From: an uncultured bacterium
Lineage (GTDB): Bacteria > Verrucomicrobiota > Verrucomicrobiia > Limisphaerales > UBA8199
DNA: 64,000 nt
Assembly (NCBI GenBank): GCA_963749495.1
Contig: CAVVMW010000022.1
Span: forward strand, 256,001 to 320,000
Reading direction: 5' to 3'
The position numbers and the translations under genes were made by a program. The notes under the pieces are model-generated. The model searched no databases, was not told where the DNA came from, and saw only the letters and a list, made by a program, of their open reading frames with translations. Shown here piece after piece: positions 9,348 through 19,620 of the stretch (the stretch's first letter is position 1; every line of letters begins with the position of its first letter).

Positions 9348-9740
9348 AGAAAAAGGAATGTAGAGAACGCGGGGGCGAGATAATCCGGGACTCGGGAATA
9401 CAGAAGTGACTTTGGAGAAGTTGGGACCGCCCCCGTGTTCTTTACATTCCTGGGTTGAACGAAGCCGCGGCCCAAGGTTCGTTGGGCCATCCTTGGGGGT
9501 ACTGCGGAAAGTGCCGGATCTGGCTTTGACTACGGTGTGCGGTCGAGGCTTTTGGGGACGGGTCAGAGCCGTGCCAAGCTGCGCCAGTCCCGGTGCTGAC
9601 TGGGCAGCAGCGTCGTGGAGGTTCCGGGATCGGCCACTGGCCAGTTGGGACGCTCAAGCGGGTGCCACGCGAACAAAGCGCGGGGGTGGGAGTTGGCCCC
9701 CCAGCCGGAACGAGCAGTGAGGTGGTCCAGGGCGTGGTTT

Positions 9741-10983
9741 TCATGGCGGCCTGATGGTGCGGTGGACGCCGATGGGGGAGCCGTCGGGCAAGTAGATGAC
9801 CTTTTGCCATGGGCGCCAGGAGCCGACCAGGACCAGTGCGGTGCCACAATGCGGGCAAAGCAGGCCTGCCTGCCGGACAGGCAGGGGTGTGGGCTGGGCG
9901 CAGACTCCTTGAGCGGCCAAGGGCGGGTCAGTCGGCGGGCTGGAGGTCGGAGGCTGCCAAGCGGCTTTCTCGGCCGCGGAGAGTAAGGGCGGTATTTTGA
10001 GCAGGGGCTCGGACGCGGTTGAACTGGGCGCGGCCCCCGGGATGGAGCCAGCCAAAGCGGCGGACCCGATGGAATCTGAGCGGCAGGACGTGCTGGAGGA
10101 AGCGGCGGAGGAACTCGAAGGGGGCCATGTCCATGTGGCCCCAAGCCCCCGTGGCACTGTGGCGGAAGGGCCAGCGCAAGCGTCCGTCAGGCAGCAATTG
10201 GAGTTGGCGATTGCCGGTGGCGGTTTTAAACACGTAACGGCTGAGGTAGCGCAACGCCTTTTGGCCCCTGCCGACAGCAGCGCTGTGAACGACCCAGCGT
10301 TGCTGCCAGAGGTTGGCCGGGAGGTCATCAAGGGCCTCGGGCATCTGCTCTTGGAGTGCCTGGTGGTAAAGCGTGCGGCAGCGATCGCTCAGGGCTTTGA
10401 CCGGCAACAGGAACCGAGGGCGGCTGGAGATCCACTGGCGCTGGTCCGGGCTGAGGCCCCCGCCGGGCACCAGGTAGTGGACGTGGGGATGGTATTCGAG
10501 GGTGCGCGTCCAGGTGTGGAGCACGCCCAGCATACCGAGGGTGGCGCCGAGGCGTTTGGGATTTTGAGCCAGATCCTGCAGGGCCTGGGAACTGGCGGCC
10601 AGGAGCAGGTCATAGCCCTTTTGGGGGTGAGAGCGGATCCAGCGGCGCAAGCCGTTGGGCACGGTGAAGGTGACCAGGAAATAGTTCACCGGCAGCAACA
10701 GGGCGCTATTCTCATCAAGCCACTGCTGGGCATCCTGGCCGCCGCACTGCGGGCAGTGCCGGTCGTTGCAGGAGTGATAACTGAAGTGGCGGTGGTCGCA
10801 CTTGGGGCAACAGTACATCGCCCCGCCCAGGGCCGGGGTGCGGCAAGCCAAGAGGCGTTGCAGCACCCGGCACTGGCGGGTGGGCATGGCAGCTCCGAAC
10901 TGCTCCAGATAGGCCGGAGCCCATCGGCACAACACTTCGTGGACGGATAAGGAGCTGCCGCTGTCCTGAGCGGCTGCGGCCAT
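9741..10983 (-). CDS. IS91-family (HUH Y2) transposase with Zn-binding N-terminus; frameshift near 10000
   Basis: CRTPALGG, HSCNDRHCPQC, LHTWTRTLEYHPHVHYLVPGGG, YLSRY, EFLRRFLQHVLP; C-terminal CPHCG...RPP in the adjacent frame. Confidence 0.9.
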
Positions 10984-10994
10984 TGAGAGGCCGC

Positions 10995-11884
10995 CTAGAG
11001 GTCGCCCATGAACTTGTTAATGCGCTGCTGGTGCTGAGTCTGACAGAGGGTGGTTAAGTGGGTGTAGATGACGGTGGTGACGGGGCTGTGATGGCCGAGG
11101 TTGACCTGCAATTGGCGGAGGTTTTCGCCTTGCTCCAGCAGGTGGGTGGCATAGCTGTGGCGCAGCGTATGAATGTGGGCCGCCTTGTTGATGCCGCTGG
11201 CGTGCAGGGCCAGACGGAAGGCTCGTTGCAGCGTGGTGCGGTTCATGGGCTCGGTGGCGGTAAGAGCGCCCAGACCGCTGTGGCCTTTAGCTGGGAAGAG
11301 CCATCGTGGATGGCGGTGGCTGCGCCAGAGTTCGCGCAGCAGTTCCAGGGTGCGCTGGGGCAAGGGCACATAACGGTTGCGGTTGCCCTTGCCCGCCCGG
11401 ATGTGCAAGAACATCCGTTGGGAATCGATGTCGCCGACTTCCAGGTTGACGGCTTCGCCCAAGCGCAGGCCACAGGAGTAGATCGTCGTCAGGGCGACCC
11501 GATGGTCCAGAGGGCCAACCTGGGCGATAATCGTGCGCACCTCGGAGGCCGAGAGGATAACTGGCAGCTTGAATTGGGGCGTGGCGCGCACAAACTCCAG
11601 TTCCGCGGGCCAGGGCCGCTGGAGGGTTTTCTCCCAGAAGAGTTTGATGGCACACAAAGCCTGCGTGGAGGTTTGGCGGGCCAAGTGCCGCTCGGTCTTG
11701 AGATGGATGAAATACTGGCGCAGTTCCTCGGCGCTGACCAAGTCGGGCGAGCGCTCAAAGTGATCGGAGAGTTGGCGTACACAGACCCAGTAGATCTCTT
11801 GGCTTCGGGGCTGGAGCGGCAGCAGAGCCAGGTCATCGGCAAAGCGGTTCAGGATTGCGTGAGGAGAACTTTTTTTATATCCAT
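10995..11884 (-). CDS. Tyrosine recombinase/integrase; start uncertain (ATG at 11884 needs one extra A in a homopolymer)
   Basis: YSCGLRLGE, GKGNRNR, HTLRHSYATHLLE, LGH, TVIYTH catalytic motifs. Confidence 0.92.
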
Positions 11885-12058
11885 AGCTGCGGTAGCTACA
11901 AGTTAATGGTGACGGTTTGCCGTGCGTCAATGCACGGCGAACCGTCATCAGTCTGGGGGAGTCCCCACCAAAGGCCAATGCAAAACAAGCCCTCCAGCCT
12001 GCGAACTGCGAAGCCGCAGGAGTCCCGTCTTCTCCGCCGCGAAGCGGCTTCGTTCAAC

Positions 12059-12092
12059 CCTGGGCTGAGTGATTCTGATCCCTTCGGGATGG
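12059..12092. repeat. Right part of the interrupted REP
   Basis: CCTGGGCTGAGTGATTCTGATCCCTTCGGGATGG matches 20287-20320. Confidence 0.85.
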
Positions 12093-12164
12093 TTCAGTGA
12101 ATGGCGGCGTCTGCGGCACCTTGCCAGGTTTGACGCGGGGGACCCATTCGTGCAGTGTTCATGC

Positions 12165-12395
12165 ATGAGTAAGACCATTACGATCGACAATGATGCCTAC
12201 CAACTGCTGGCCAAACTCAAGCGAGGCAGCCGCGATTCGTTCACGAGGGTCATCCGCAGGCACATAATCCCGCCGGCGGAAACCTGCGGCGAGTTGCTCG
12301 AGGCAATGGAAAATCAACCGCCCCCAAACGTTGATCTGAAAGCGCTGGATCGGATAGAGAGGGAACGAGGACGACGTTCGGGCGGACGCAAGTGA
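12165..12395 (+). CDS. Putative VapB-type antitoxin (DUF217-like)
   Basis: MSKTITIDNDAYQLLAKLKRGSRDSFTRVIRR. Confidence 0.8.
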   Translation: MSKTITIDNDAYQLLAKLKRGSRDSFTRVIRRHIIPPAETCGELLEAMENQPPPNVDLKALDRIERERGRRSGGRK

Positions 12396-12439
12396 TCGCC
12401 GACACCACATTCTTTATCAGTGTCAGCCAGCAGCCTCAT
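12392..12439. pseudogene. Fused stubs of two convergent PIN/VapC toxins
   Basis: + strand GTG 12392: MIADTTFFI; - strand ATG 12439: MRLLADT; each overlaps its antitoxin stop codon by 4 bp. Confidence 0.75.
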
Positions 12440-12657
12440 TTCCAGTCCTCCATGACCGGGGACTTCAAATCTCCATAGCATTGCGGGTCGTCGGGTTTAT
12501 CCACACGCCAAGGCCCTGCTTGTTCCTGATAGGCAGACAACACTGCCTTTGGCTTGCCATGAGCAGTAAAGACGATCTGAGCGCCAGCTTCCACCTTCTT
12601 AATCAACCTGCGTAGGTCAGTCCGGCCTTCGCCGATGGGAACCGTGATTGTTCTCAT
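12436..12657 (-). CDS. Phd/YefM family antitoxin
   Basis: MRTITVPIGEGRTDLRRLIKKVEAGAQIVFTAHGKPKAVL. Confidence 0.85.
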   Translation of the reverse strand: MRTITVPIGEGRTDLRRLIKKVEAGAQIVFTAHGKPKAVLSAYQEQAGPWRVDKPDDPQCYGDLKSPVMEDWK

Positions 12658-12776
12658 AGTGTTCTCACGCAACGGACGCATTGTCCAGACTATCCGGTCG
12701 GTCCGAATCTCCGGCCCTTTGGGCCGCGAGCCAGAGCAGCGTTTTGGATGCCCATCCAAACTGGCCCGGCGCTACC

Positions 12777-14250
12777 CTACCGCGCTGCCGCTGCCGCGGT
12801 CTGCTGCTCGACTTCCCAGCCGCCGCCCAGGGCCTTATAGACGGCAACCAGAGCGGCGACGGTGCGGGTCTGGCTTTGGGCCAGTTGGTCCTCGACGGCC
12901 AATTGGGTGCGCTCGGCGTCGAGCACAGTGAGGAAATCGACCAGGCCGCTGGTGTAGCGCTGGTTGGCCAGGGCGGCGGCAGAGGCCGCAGAGCGGGCGG
13001 AGGCGGCCAGGTGGTCGCGCTGGACTTGCTGGCGGCCAAAATCAACCAGCGCGTTCTCGGTCTCCTCCAGCGCGCTGAGCACGGTCCGCTCGTAGGTGGC
13101 CAGTTGCGCGTCGGCGCGGGCGTTGGCCTGCTTGATGCGCGCCCGGACACGGCCCAGGTCCAGCGCCGCCCAGGTGATGCGCGGGCCGAAGGAATAGGAA
13201 TCGGAACCGGACGCGCCCAAGCCGGAGAGTTGGCTGGCCTCCAGGGCCAGGTTGCCATTGAAGGTGACCTTGGGGAAGAAATCGGCGGTTTGGACGCCGA
13301 CCAGGGCGGTGGCCAGGGCCAGAGACCGTTCGGCAGCCTGGATGTCAGGCCGGCGGCGGAGCAACTCGGAGGGCGTGCCGATCGAGAGCATGGGCGGCAA
13401 CGAAGGCAGCGGGGCCGGGGCGGCCAGTTCGCTTTGAAGGGCGGCGGGCTGCTGGCCCACCAGGACCGCGGCGCGGTGGATGGCGTGCTGGATGGCGGCT
13501 TCCAGCAGCGGCAGCCCTGCCTGTGCGGCCTCCCATTGCGAGCGGGCGCGATCCGTGTCCAATTGCGTGGCCCGCCCGGCGCGCAGCCTGGCCTCGGTCA
13601 GCTCGAGCGTCTGGCGCTGGTTCTCGACGTTCTTGCGCGCCACGTCCAATTCGTGCTGGGCGCCGCGCAGATCGAAATAATTGCGCGCCACCTCGGCTAT
13701 CAAGCTCACCAGGACGTCCCGCCGGGTTTCCACGGTCGAGGCCACTCCGGCGGCGGCGGCCTGGATGGCCCGGCGCGCCCCGCCGAAGAGGTCGAGCTCC
13801 CAGGTCGCATCGAACCCGGTGTTGAACATGGAGAGTTCGCGCTCCTCGCGCGTGGTGGGGAACCCTTCCGCGGCCTTGCTGGCGGTCGATTTTTCGTAGC
13901 CGGCGCCGGTCGTGACAATGGGCAGGGCGCTCAGGATGGCCTCCGAGCGCAGGGCCCGCGCCTCGCGCACGCGGGCGGTGGCGATGCGGAGGTCCGGGTT
14001 GGATGCCACGGCAAGGTCGATCAAGCGGTTGAGTTCCGGGTCATTGAAACCACGCCACCACGTCACCGCCGTCTGATTGGTCGAGGCGGGCGTTTGGCCG
14101 GCATTGGCGAAGGTGGGGCTGACGGAGGTCTGGGGGGGTTTGTAATTGGGGCCGGCGGCGCAGCCGTTGAGCAGCACCAGCGCGGCGGTGCCCAGCAGGA
14201 ACAGGCCCAGGGCGGCGCCCGGCGCGGCGGCTTTCGGGGCGGCCCCGGGG
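12777..14250 (-). CDS. Efflux outer-membrane factor (NodT/OprM/TolC family) lipoprotein; probably the C-terminal part of a fusion with the RND permease
   Basis: LLNGCAAGPNYKPP lipobox, WWRGFNDPELNRLI, ELLRRRPDI, YKALGGGW; no suitable start codon just before the signal region. Confidence 0.85.
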
Positions 14251-17200
14251 CTGGGCCTTCGGTCCCGGGCCCGAGCAGACCCCGGATGAGCGCATAGAAC
14301 ACCGGCGTCAGGAAGATGCCGAAGAGCGTCACGCCGATCATGCCCCAGAACACGGCGGTGCCAATCGAGGTGCGCATCTCGGCGCCGGCGCCGTGCGAGA
14401 GCATCAAGGGGATGACACCGAAGGTGAAGGCGAGCGAGGTCATGAGGATGGGGCGCAGCCGCAGCCTGGAGGCCTCGATGGCGGCCTCGATCCGCCCCTG
14501 GCCCGCCCCCTGTAATTGGCGGGCAAACTCGACGATCAGGATGGCGTTCTTGCACGCCAGGCCCATCAGCACCACCAGCCCGATTTGCGTGAACAGGTTG
14601 TTCTCGAATCCCCGCGCCCAGACCCCGCCAATGGCAAAGAGCAGGCACAGCGGCACGATGAGGATGATGGCCAGCGGCAACGACCAGCTCTCGTATTGGG
14701 CGGCCAGGACCAGGAACATCATCAGCACGCAGAGCGGGAAGATATAGACGGCCGTGTTGCCGGCCAGGATCTGCAGATAGCTCAGTTCGGTCCACTCGAA
14801 CGTCATGCCGGGCGGGAGGTTCTGCTGCGCCAACTCCTGCATCGTGCGCAGCATCTCGCCCGAGCCGACGCCGGGAGGCGTGCTGCCGGTAATCTCGGCC
14901 GTCGCGAACATGTTGTAATGGCCCGCCAGCACCGGCGCCGTGATGTCGTCCACGCGGACCAGCGTGCCCAAGGGCACCATTTCGCCGCGGACGTTGCGGG
15001 TCTTGAGATTCAGCACGTTCTGCGGCCTGCGGCGGAACGGGGCGTCCGCCTGCGCCGTCACGTGGAACGGCCGGCCCAGGTACGTGAAGTCGTTCACGTA
15101 GAGCGAGCCCAGATAGATGTTGAGCGTGTCCCAGACCTCGTTCATGGGCACGCCCATCGACTCCGCCTTGGCGCGGTCCACGTCGAGGAAGATTTGGGGG
15201 ACGTTGGCGCGGAAGGTGGACATGGCGCCGACGATGCGCGGGTCCTGGTTGGCTGCGGCGGCCAGGCGGCCCACCGCCGCTTCCAGGGTACGGTAACCGG
15301 CAGCCTCGCGATCCTCGACCTGGAGCTTGAACCCGCCCAGTATCCCCAGCCCATCCACGGGCGGCGGGGGGAAGACATTGACCATCGCCTCCTGGATGTT
15401 CGCCCGGGCGATGCGCGCCCGCAGGTCGGCCATGATCCTCGGGCCGGTCAACCCATGCCTGACCCGCTCGTGGAAGGGCGTCAGGCGGATGAACATGCTC
15501 GAGGCATTGGGGCTGCTGCCCAGGTTGACCAGGCTCAACCCCGCAAACTCGGACACCAACTGGACGCCGGAAGTGGCCTTGACAATCTGGACCACCCTCC
15601 CACTCACCTCACGGGTGCGCTGGAGCGACGCCCCGTCGGGCAGTTGCAGGTAACAGTACAGGTTGCCTTTGTCCTGGGAGGGAATGAAACCGGCAGGGAC
15701 ATGGACAAACCCAAACCAGGTCATGGCGAGGAGCCCCGCGTAGAGCACCATCCCCAGGCCGCAATGGCGCAGCAGCCGCCGCAACGCCCCCACATACCCC
15801 GAACGGCTCGCGTCGAACAGCCGGTTGAACCCGGCGAAAATCCAGCCGACCGAGCCGTGAATCACCCGCCCCAGGAGGTCCTTGGGCGCATGGTGGGGTT
15901 GGAGCAGCAGCGCCGCCAGGGCCGGGCTGAGCGTCAGCGAGTTGAAGGCCGAGATCAGCGTCGAGACCGCTATCGTGAGGGCGAACTGCTGATAGAACTT
16001 GCCCGTGATGCCCCGGATGAAGGCCGTGGGAATAAAGACCGCGCTCAGCACCAGCGCAATGGCCACCACCGCCCCGCTGACCTCCTGCATCGCCTTGTGG
16101 GTCGCCTCGACCGGCGATAGACCCTCCCCGATGTGCCGCTCGACGTTCTCGACCACCACGATGGCGTCGTCCACCACAATGCCGATAGCCAGGACCAGGC
16201 CGAAGAGGGACAGGTTGTTGATCGAGAACCCGAAGGCGGACATGGCGGCCAAAGTGCCGATGAGGGAGACCGGCACCGCCACCAGCGGGATGATGGATGC
16301 CCTCCAGGTCTGCAGGAAGAGCACCACCACCAGGACGACCAGGATGATGGCCTCGACCAGCGTGTGCAGCACCGCGCGGATCGACTCGCGAATGAAGGCC
16401 GAGGTGTCGAAGGCGATGCGGTAATCCAAACCCTCCGGGAAGCTCTTCTTGAGTTCCTTCATCGTCGCCTCCAGGGCATTGGCCGTCTCGATGGCATTGG
16501 ACCCCGGCTGCTGGAAGATGGCGACGCCCGCCGCCGGTTTGCCGTCCAGCAGGGCGTCGATGCTGTAATCGGCGGCGTCCAACTCGACCCGCGCCACGTC
16601 GCGCAGGCGGGTCACCTGGCCGTCGGCGCCCGTCTTGAGGATGATGTCTTCGAATTCTCTCGGAGTGGTCAGCCGGCCCTTGAGCTGCACCGCCAGTTGG
16701 AACTGGTTCTCCTTGGGTTGGGGCGGCTGGCCGAACTGGCCGGCGGCCACCTCGACGTTCTGCCGGCGAATGGCCGCCGCCACGTCGCTGGCCGTCAGGT
16801 CCCGCGCCGAGACCTTGTCCGGGTCCAGCCAGATGCGCATCGCGTAATCGCGGGCGCCGAAGATGATCGTGTCGCCGACCCCCGGCAACCGCCGCAGCAC
16901 GTCCTGCACGTGCAGGTAGGCATAGTTGCTCAGATAGACGGCCTTATACTTCCCGCTGGGCGAGACCAGGCTGATAATCATGGCTATGGTGGGCGAGCGC
17001 TTGCGCACGGTCACCCCAAGCTGGCGCACCACGTCCGGCAAACGCGGCAGGGCCAGGTCCACGCGGTTTTGCACCAGCACCTGCGCCATGTTCGGGTTCG
17101 TGCCAACCTTGAATGTGATCGCCAGGCGCATCGAACCGTCGCTGGAGCACTGAGCGTTCATGTACAACATGTCCTCGACGCCGTTGATCTGCTCCTCGAT

Positions 17201-17398
17201 GGGCGTGGCAACCGTGTCCGCCATCGTCTCGGCGGTGGCGCCGGGGTAGCTGGCCATCACGAAGATGGTCGGTGGCGTGATCTCGGGATACTGGGCTATC
17301 GGCAGTGTGAGCAGCGCAATCAGCCCCAGCAGCACGATGAAGATCGAGAGCACCGCCGCGAAGATGGGGCGGCGAATGAAGAAATGGGAGAAGGTCAT
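14250..17398 (-). CDS. HAE1-family RND efflux permease (AcrB/MexF-like); ORF track reads on to 14063
   Basis: FFIRRPIFAAV, GIVVDDAIVVVENVER, CKNAILIVEFA, LRLRPILMTSLAF. Confidence 0.95.
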
Positions 17399-18792
17399 TG
17401 CAGTTCCAGTTTGGCGCCCCTGCGCACCATCACCAGGCCGTTGACCACGAGGCGATCCTGGGGCGTGAGCCCCTCCAGCACAGCCCGCAACGGCCCGTGC
17501 GCCGGGCCGAGCGTGACCGTGCGCATATCGGCAGTCCCTTCCGGACTGACCACATAGACGTATTTATAGTTCTGGTCGGCCATGACTGCGATGTCGGGCA
17601 CCATCAGGGACTCGACGGGCGGTCCTGCCGGCACCTGCACGGTGGCGAAGAGCCCCGGCACCAGGGCCCGGTCTTCGTTGCCAAAGACCGCGCGCAGGCG
17701 GATCGTGCCGGTCTTGGCGTTGACCTGGTTGTCCGAGTAATCGACCCGGCCGCGGTGCGGGAAGCCCTCCTCGTTGCCCAGCTTCAGTTCGCACGGCATC
17801 GAGAACGAGGCCGTTTCCCCTTGGCCGGTCTGGAAGCAACGGCGGTATTGGAGGAAGGCCCCTTCCTCGACGTCGAAATAGCAATAGATCGGGGACATCG
17901 TCACGATCGTGGCCAGCACCGGCGTGCCGTTGGCCTGGACCAGGTTGCCCGTGGTGACCAGGCGCCGGCTCACCCGTCCGGCTATGGGGGCGGTGACGCG
18001 GGTGTAATCCAGGTTGAGCTTTGCCGCAGTTTCCGCTGCCCGGCTTGCCGTGAGGGCGTCTTCGGCCTCGTGCGCTGCCTTGGCCCGGCTGTCCAGTTCC
18101 TCATCCGAAATAGCCTTGGTCCCTCGCAGCGTCTCGGCCCGCGCCATGTCGTCGCGCGCCAACGCCAGGTGCGTCTCCGCCTGCTGCCTCATCGCCGTGG
18201 CCCGATCCAACTCCGCCTGGTACGGCTTCGGGTCGATCCCGAACAGCAGGTCGCCGGCCTTCACCTCCGCTCCATCCACGAACGGGATCGATTCCAGGTA
18301 GCCCATCACCCGCGCGCGGACTTCCACCGCCTCCACCGCCTCGACGTGGCCGGGATATCGGTCCCAATTGGTCACCGTCATCTGCTGGGGCCGCGCCACC
18401 GTGACCTTGACCGGCGGCATAGCTCGCGCCGCCGGGCGCCGCTCACAGCCCGCCAGCAGCGCTGCGCCGGCGAGGGCTAGGACGAGGATGGTGTTACGCC
18501 TGCTCGCGGGGTGCGGCGGGTCGAGGGTCGAGGGTCGAGGGTCGAGGCAACGAAGGCGAGTGTGCGAGCTGCACATTCGGGCGAGGTCAAGCATTGGGTT
18601 CATAGGTAAAATCACGCGAGAGGCGATTGAAAATTGAAAATTGAAAATTGAAAATTGAAAATTGCGGGCACCGGTTTTCGACCGGTCGCTTGAATTTGCA
18701 ATTTGCAGTTCAAATCCTGGTCTGTCGCAATGCCTTCCGGCTCCGGATGCGTCGGCCTGTCTTCTTGGCGTGTCTTTGTTTTCATTGTTCAT
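17395..18792 (-). CDS. RND periplasmic adaptor (MFP); start uncertain (18792 or ~18603)
   Basis: LLAGC lipobox, VEVRARVMGYL, TRVTAPIAGRV, TGTIRLRAVF; ATGA overlap with the permease. Confidence 0.9.
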   Translation of the reverse strand: MNNENKDTPRRQADASGAGRHCDRPGFELQIANSSDRSKTGARNFQFSIFNFQFSIASRVILPMNPMLDLARMCSSHTRLRCLDPRPSTLDPPHPASRRNTILVLALAGAALLAGCERRPAARAMPPVKVTVARPQQMTVTNWDRYPGHVEAVEAVEVRARVMGYLESIPFVDGAEVKAGDLLFGIDPKPYQAELDRATAMRQQAETHLALARDDMARAETLRGTKAISDEELDSRAKAAHEAEDALTASRAAETAAKLNLDYTRVTAPIAGRVSRRLVTTGNLVQANGTPVLATIVTMSPIYCYFDVEEGAFLQYRRCFQTGQGETASFSMPCELKLGNEEGFPHRGRVDYSDNQVNAKTGTIRLRAVFGNEDRALVPGLFATVQVPAGPPVESLMVPDIAVMADQNYKYVYVVSPEGTADMRTVTLGPAHGPLRAVLEGLTPQDRLVVNGLVMVRRGAKLELQ

Positions 18793-18820
18793 CCGAATGC
18801 GGCTGGTGCTCGATGGCGGC

Positions 18821-19483
18821 TCACACCGCCTTGAGACCGGCCGCAGCGAAGCCAACCAGTCGCCGCACCAGGCTCTCACAGTCCGGCTTTGGGTCCAGGC
18901 GGCAGGGCAGGGCCTGGTCGAGCATCAACAACAAATAGTGCAAGGACCCGATGATGAACGTCTTGCCGTAAATCAGGCCCTCCTCTGACAAAGCCGGGAT
19001 GGCCCGGCGCAACGCGGCGTCAAACCGCGCCGCCAGACGATCGAAATGCGCCTCCTTGAGCCTGGACACCGTCCGTCCCGGCTCCCCGACCAGCCGCCCC
19101 ATCAACTTCGCGAAGCTGGTGCTGCCCCATTTGGGGTCCAGCGCATGTTCGACCACCGGCCGGATGTAGGCCGCCAGCACGTCCTCCACCCTGGGCGGTG
19201 TCCCGGCCGCTGCCTTCTCCACCTCGTCCAACGCTGCCAGCCGTTCCTCGGTTATTGGGGTCAGGCGACGGTCGAACGCCGCGAACACCAGGCCCTCCTT
19301 GCTGCCGAAATAGTAACTGATGGCCCCGACGTTTGCCCCGGCAGCGGCCGTGATGTCGCGCGTGGAGGCCCGCTCCGGCCCGTGGAGGGCGAAGAGCCGC
19401 TCGGCCGCGTCAAGAATGCGCTGGCGGGTCTGCGAGGCGGCATGTTCGGCATGAGCGCCTGGAACTGGTCGAGTCGGGTCCAC
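18821..19483 (-). CDS. TetR/AcrR family regulator
   Basis: TRQRILDAAERLFA...STRDITAAAGANVGAISYYFGSKEGL. Confidence 0.92.
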   Translation of the reverse strand: MDPTRPVPGAHAEHAASQTRQRILDAAERLFALHGPERASTRDITAAAGANVGAISYYFGSKEGLVFAAFDRRLTPITEERLAALDEVEKAAAGTPPRVEDVLAAYIRPVVEHALDPKWGSTSFAKLMGRLVGEPGRTVSRLKEAHFDRLAARFDAALRRAIPALSEEGLIYGKTFIIGSLHYLLLMLDQALPCRLDPKPDCESLVRRLVGFAAAGLKAV

Positions 19484-19620
19484 AAATCAATCGCTTGTTT
19501 CAATCATGCCGTCCCGCGCACACTCATGTCAACAGATAATTGAATGTGCCCGCCCAAGGGGGCGTGTCATCTCCGTACTACATGGCATGAACGATCGGGC
19601 GCAACGCCCGCATGCCGATT

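Larger units (their letters stand above)
9348..12058 (-). mobile_element. Tyrosine recombinase + IS91-family transposase element inserted in a REP
   Basis: REP sequence stops at CAAC 9344-9347 and resumes after CAAC 12055-12058; two mobility genes lie between. Confidence 0.85.

Noticed and set aside
10995..11884. Integrase as an integron IntI driving the TA array
   Set aside because: It lacks the IntI-specific insertion, is coupled to an IS91-type transposase, and no convincing attC sites were seen.
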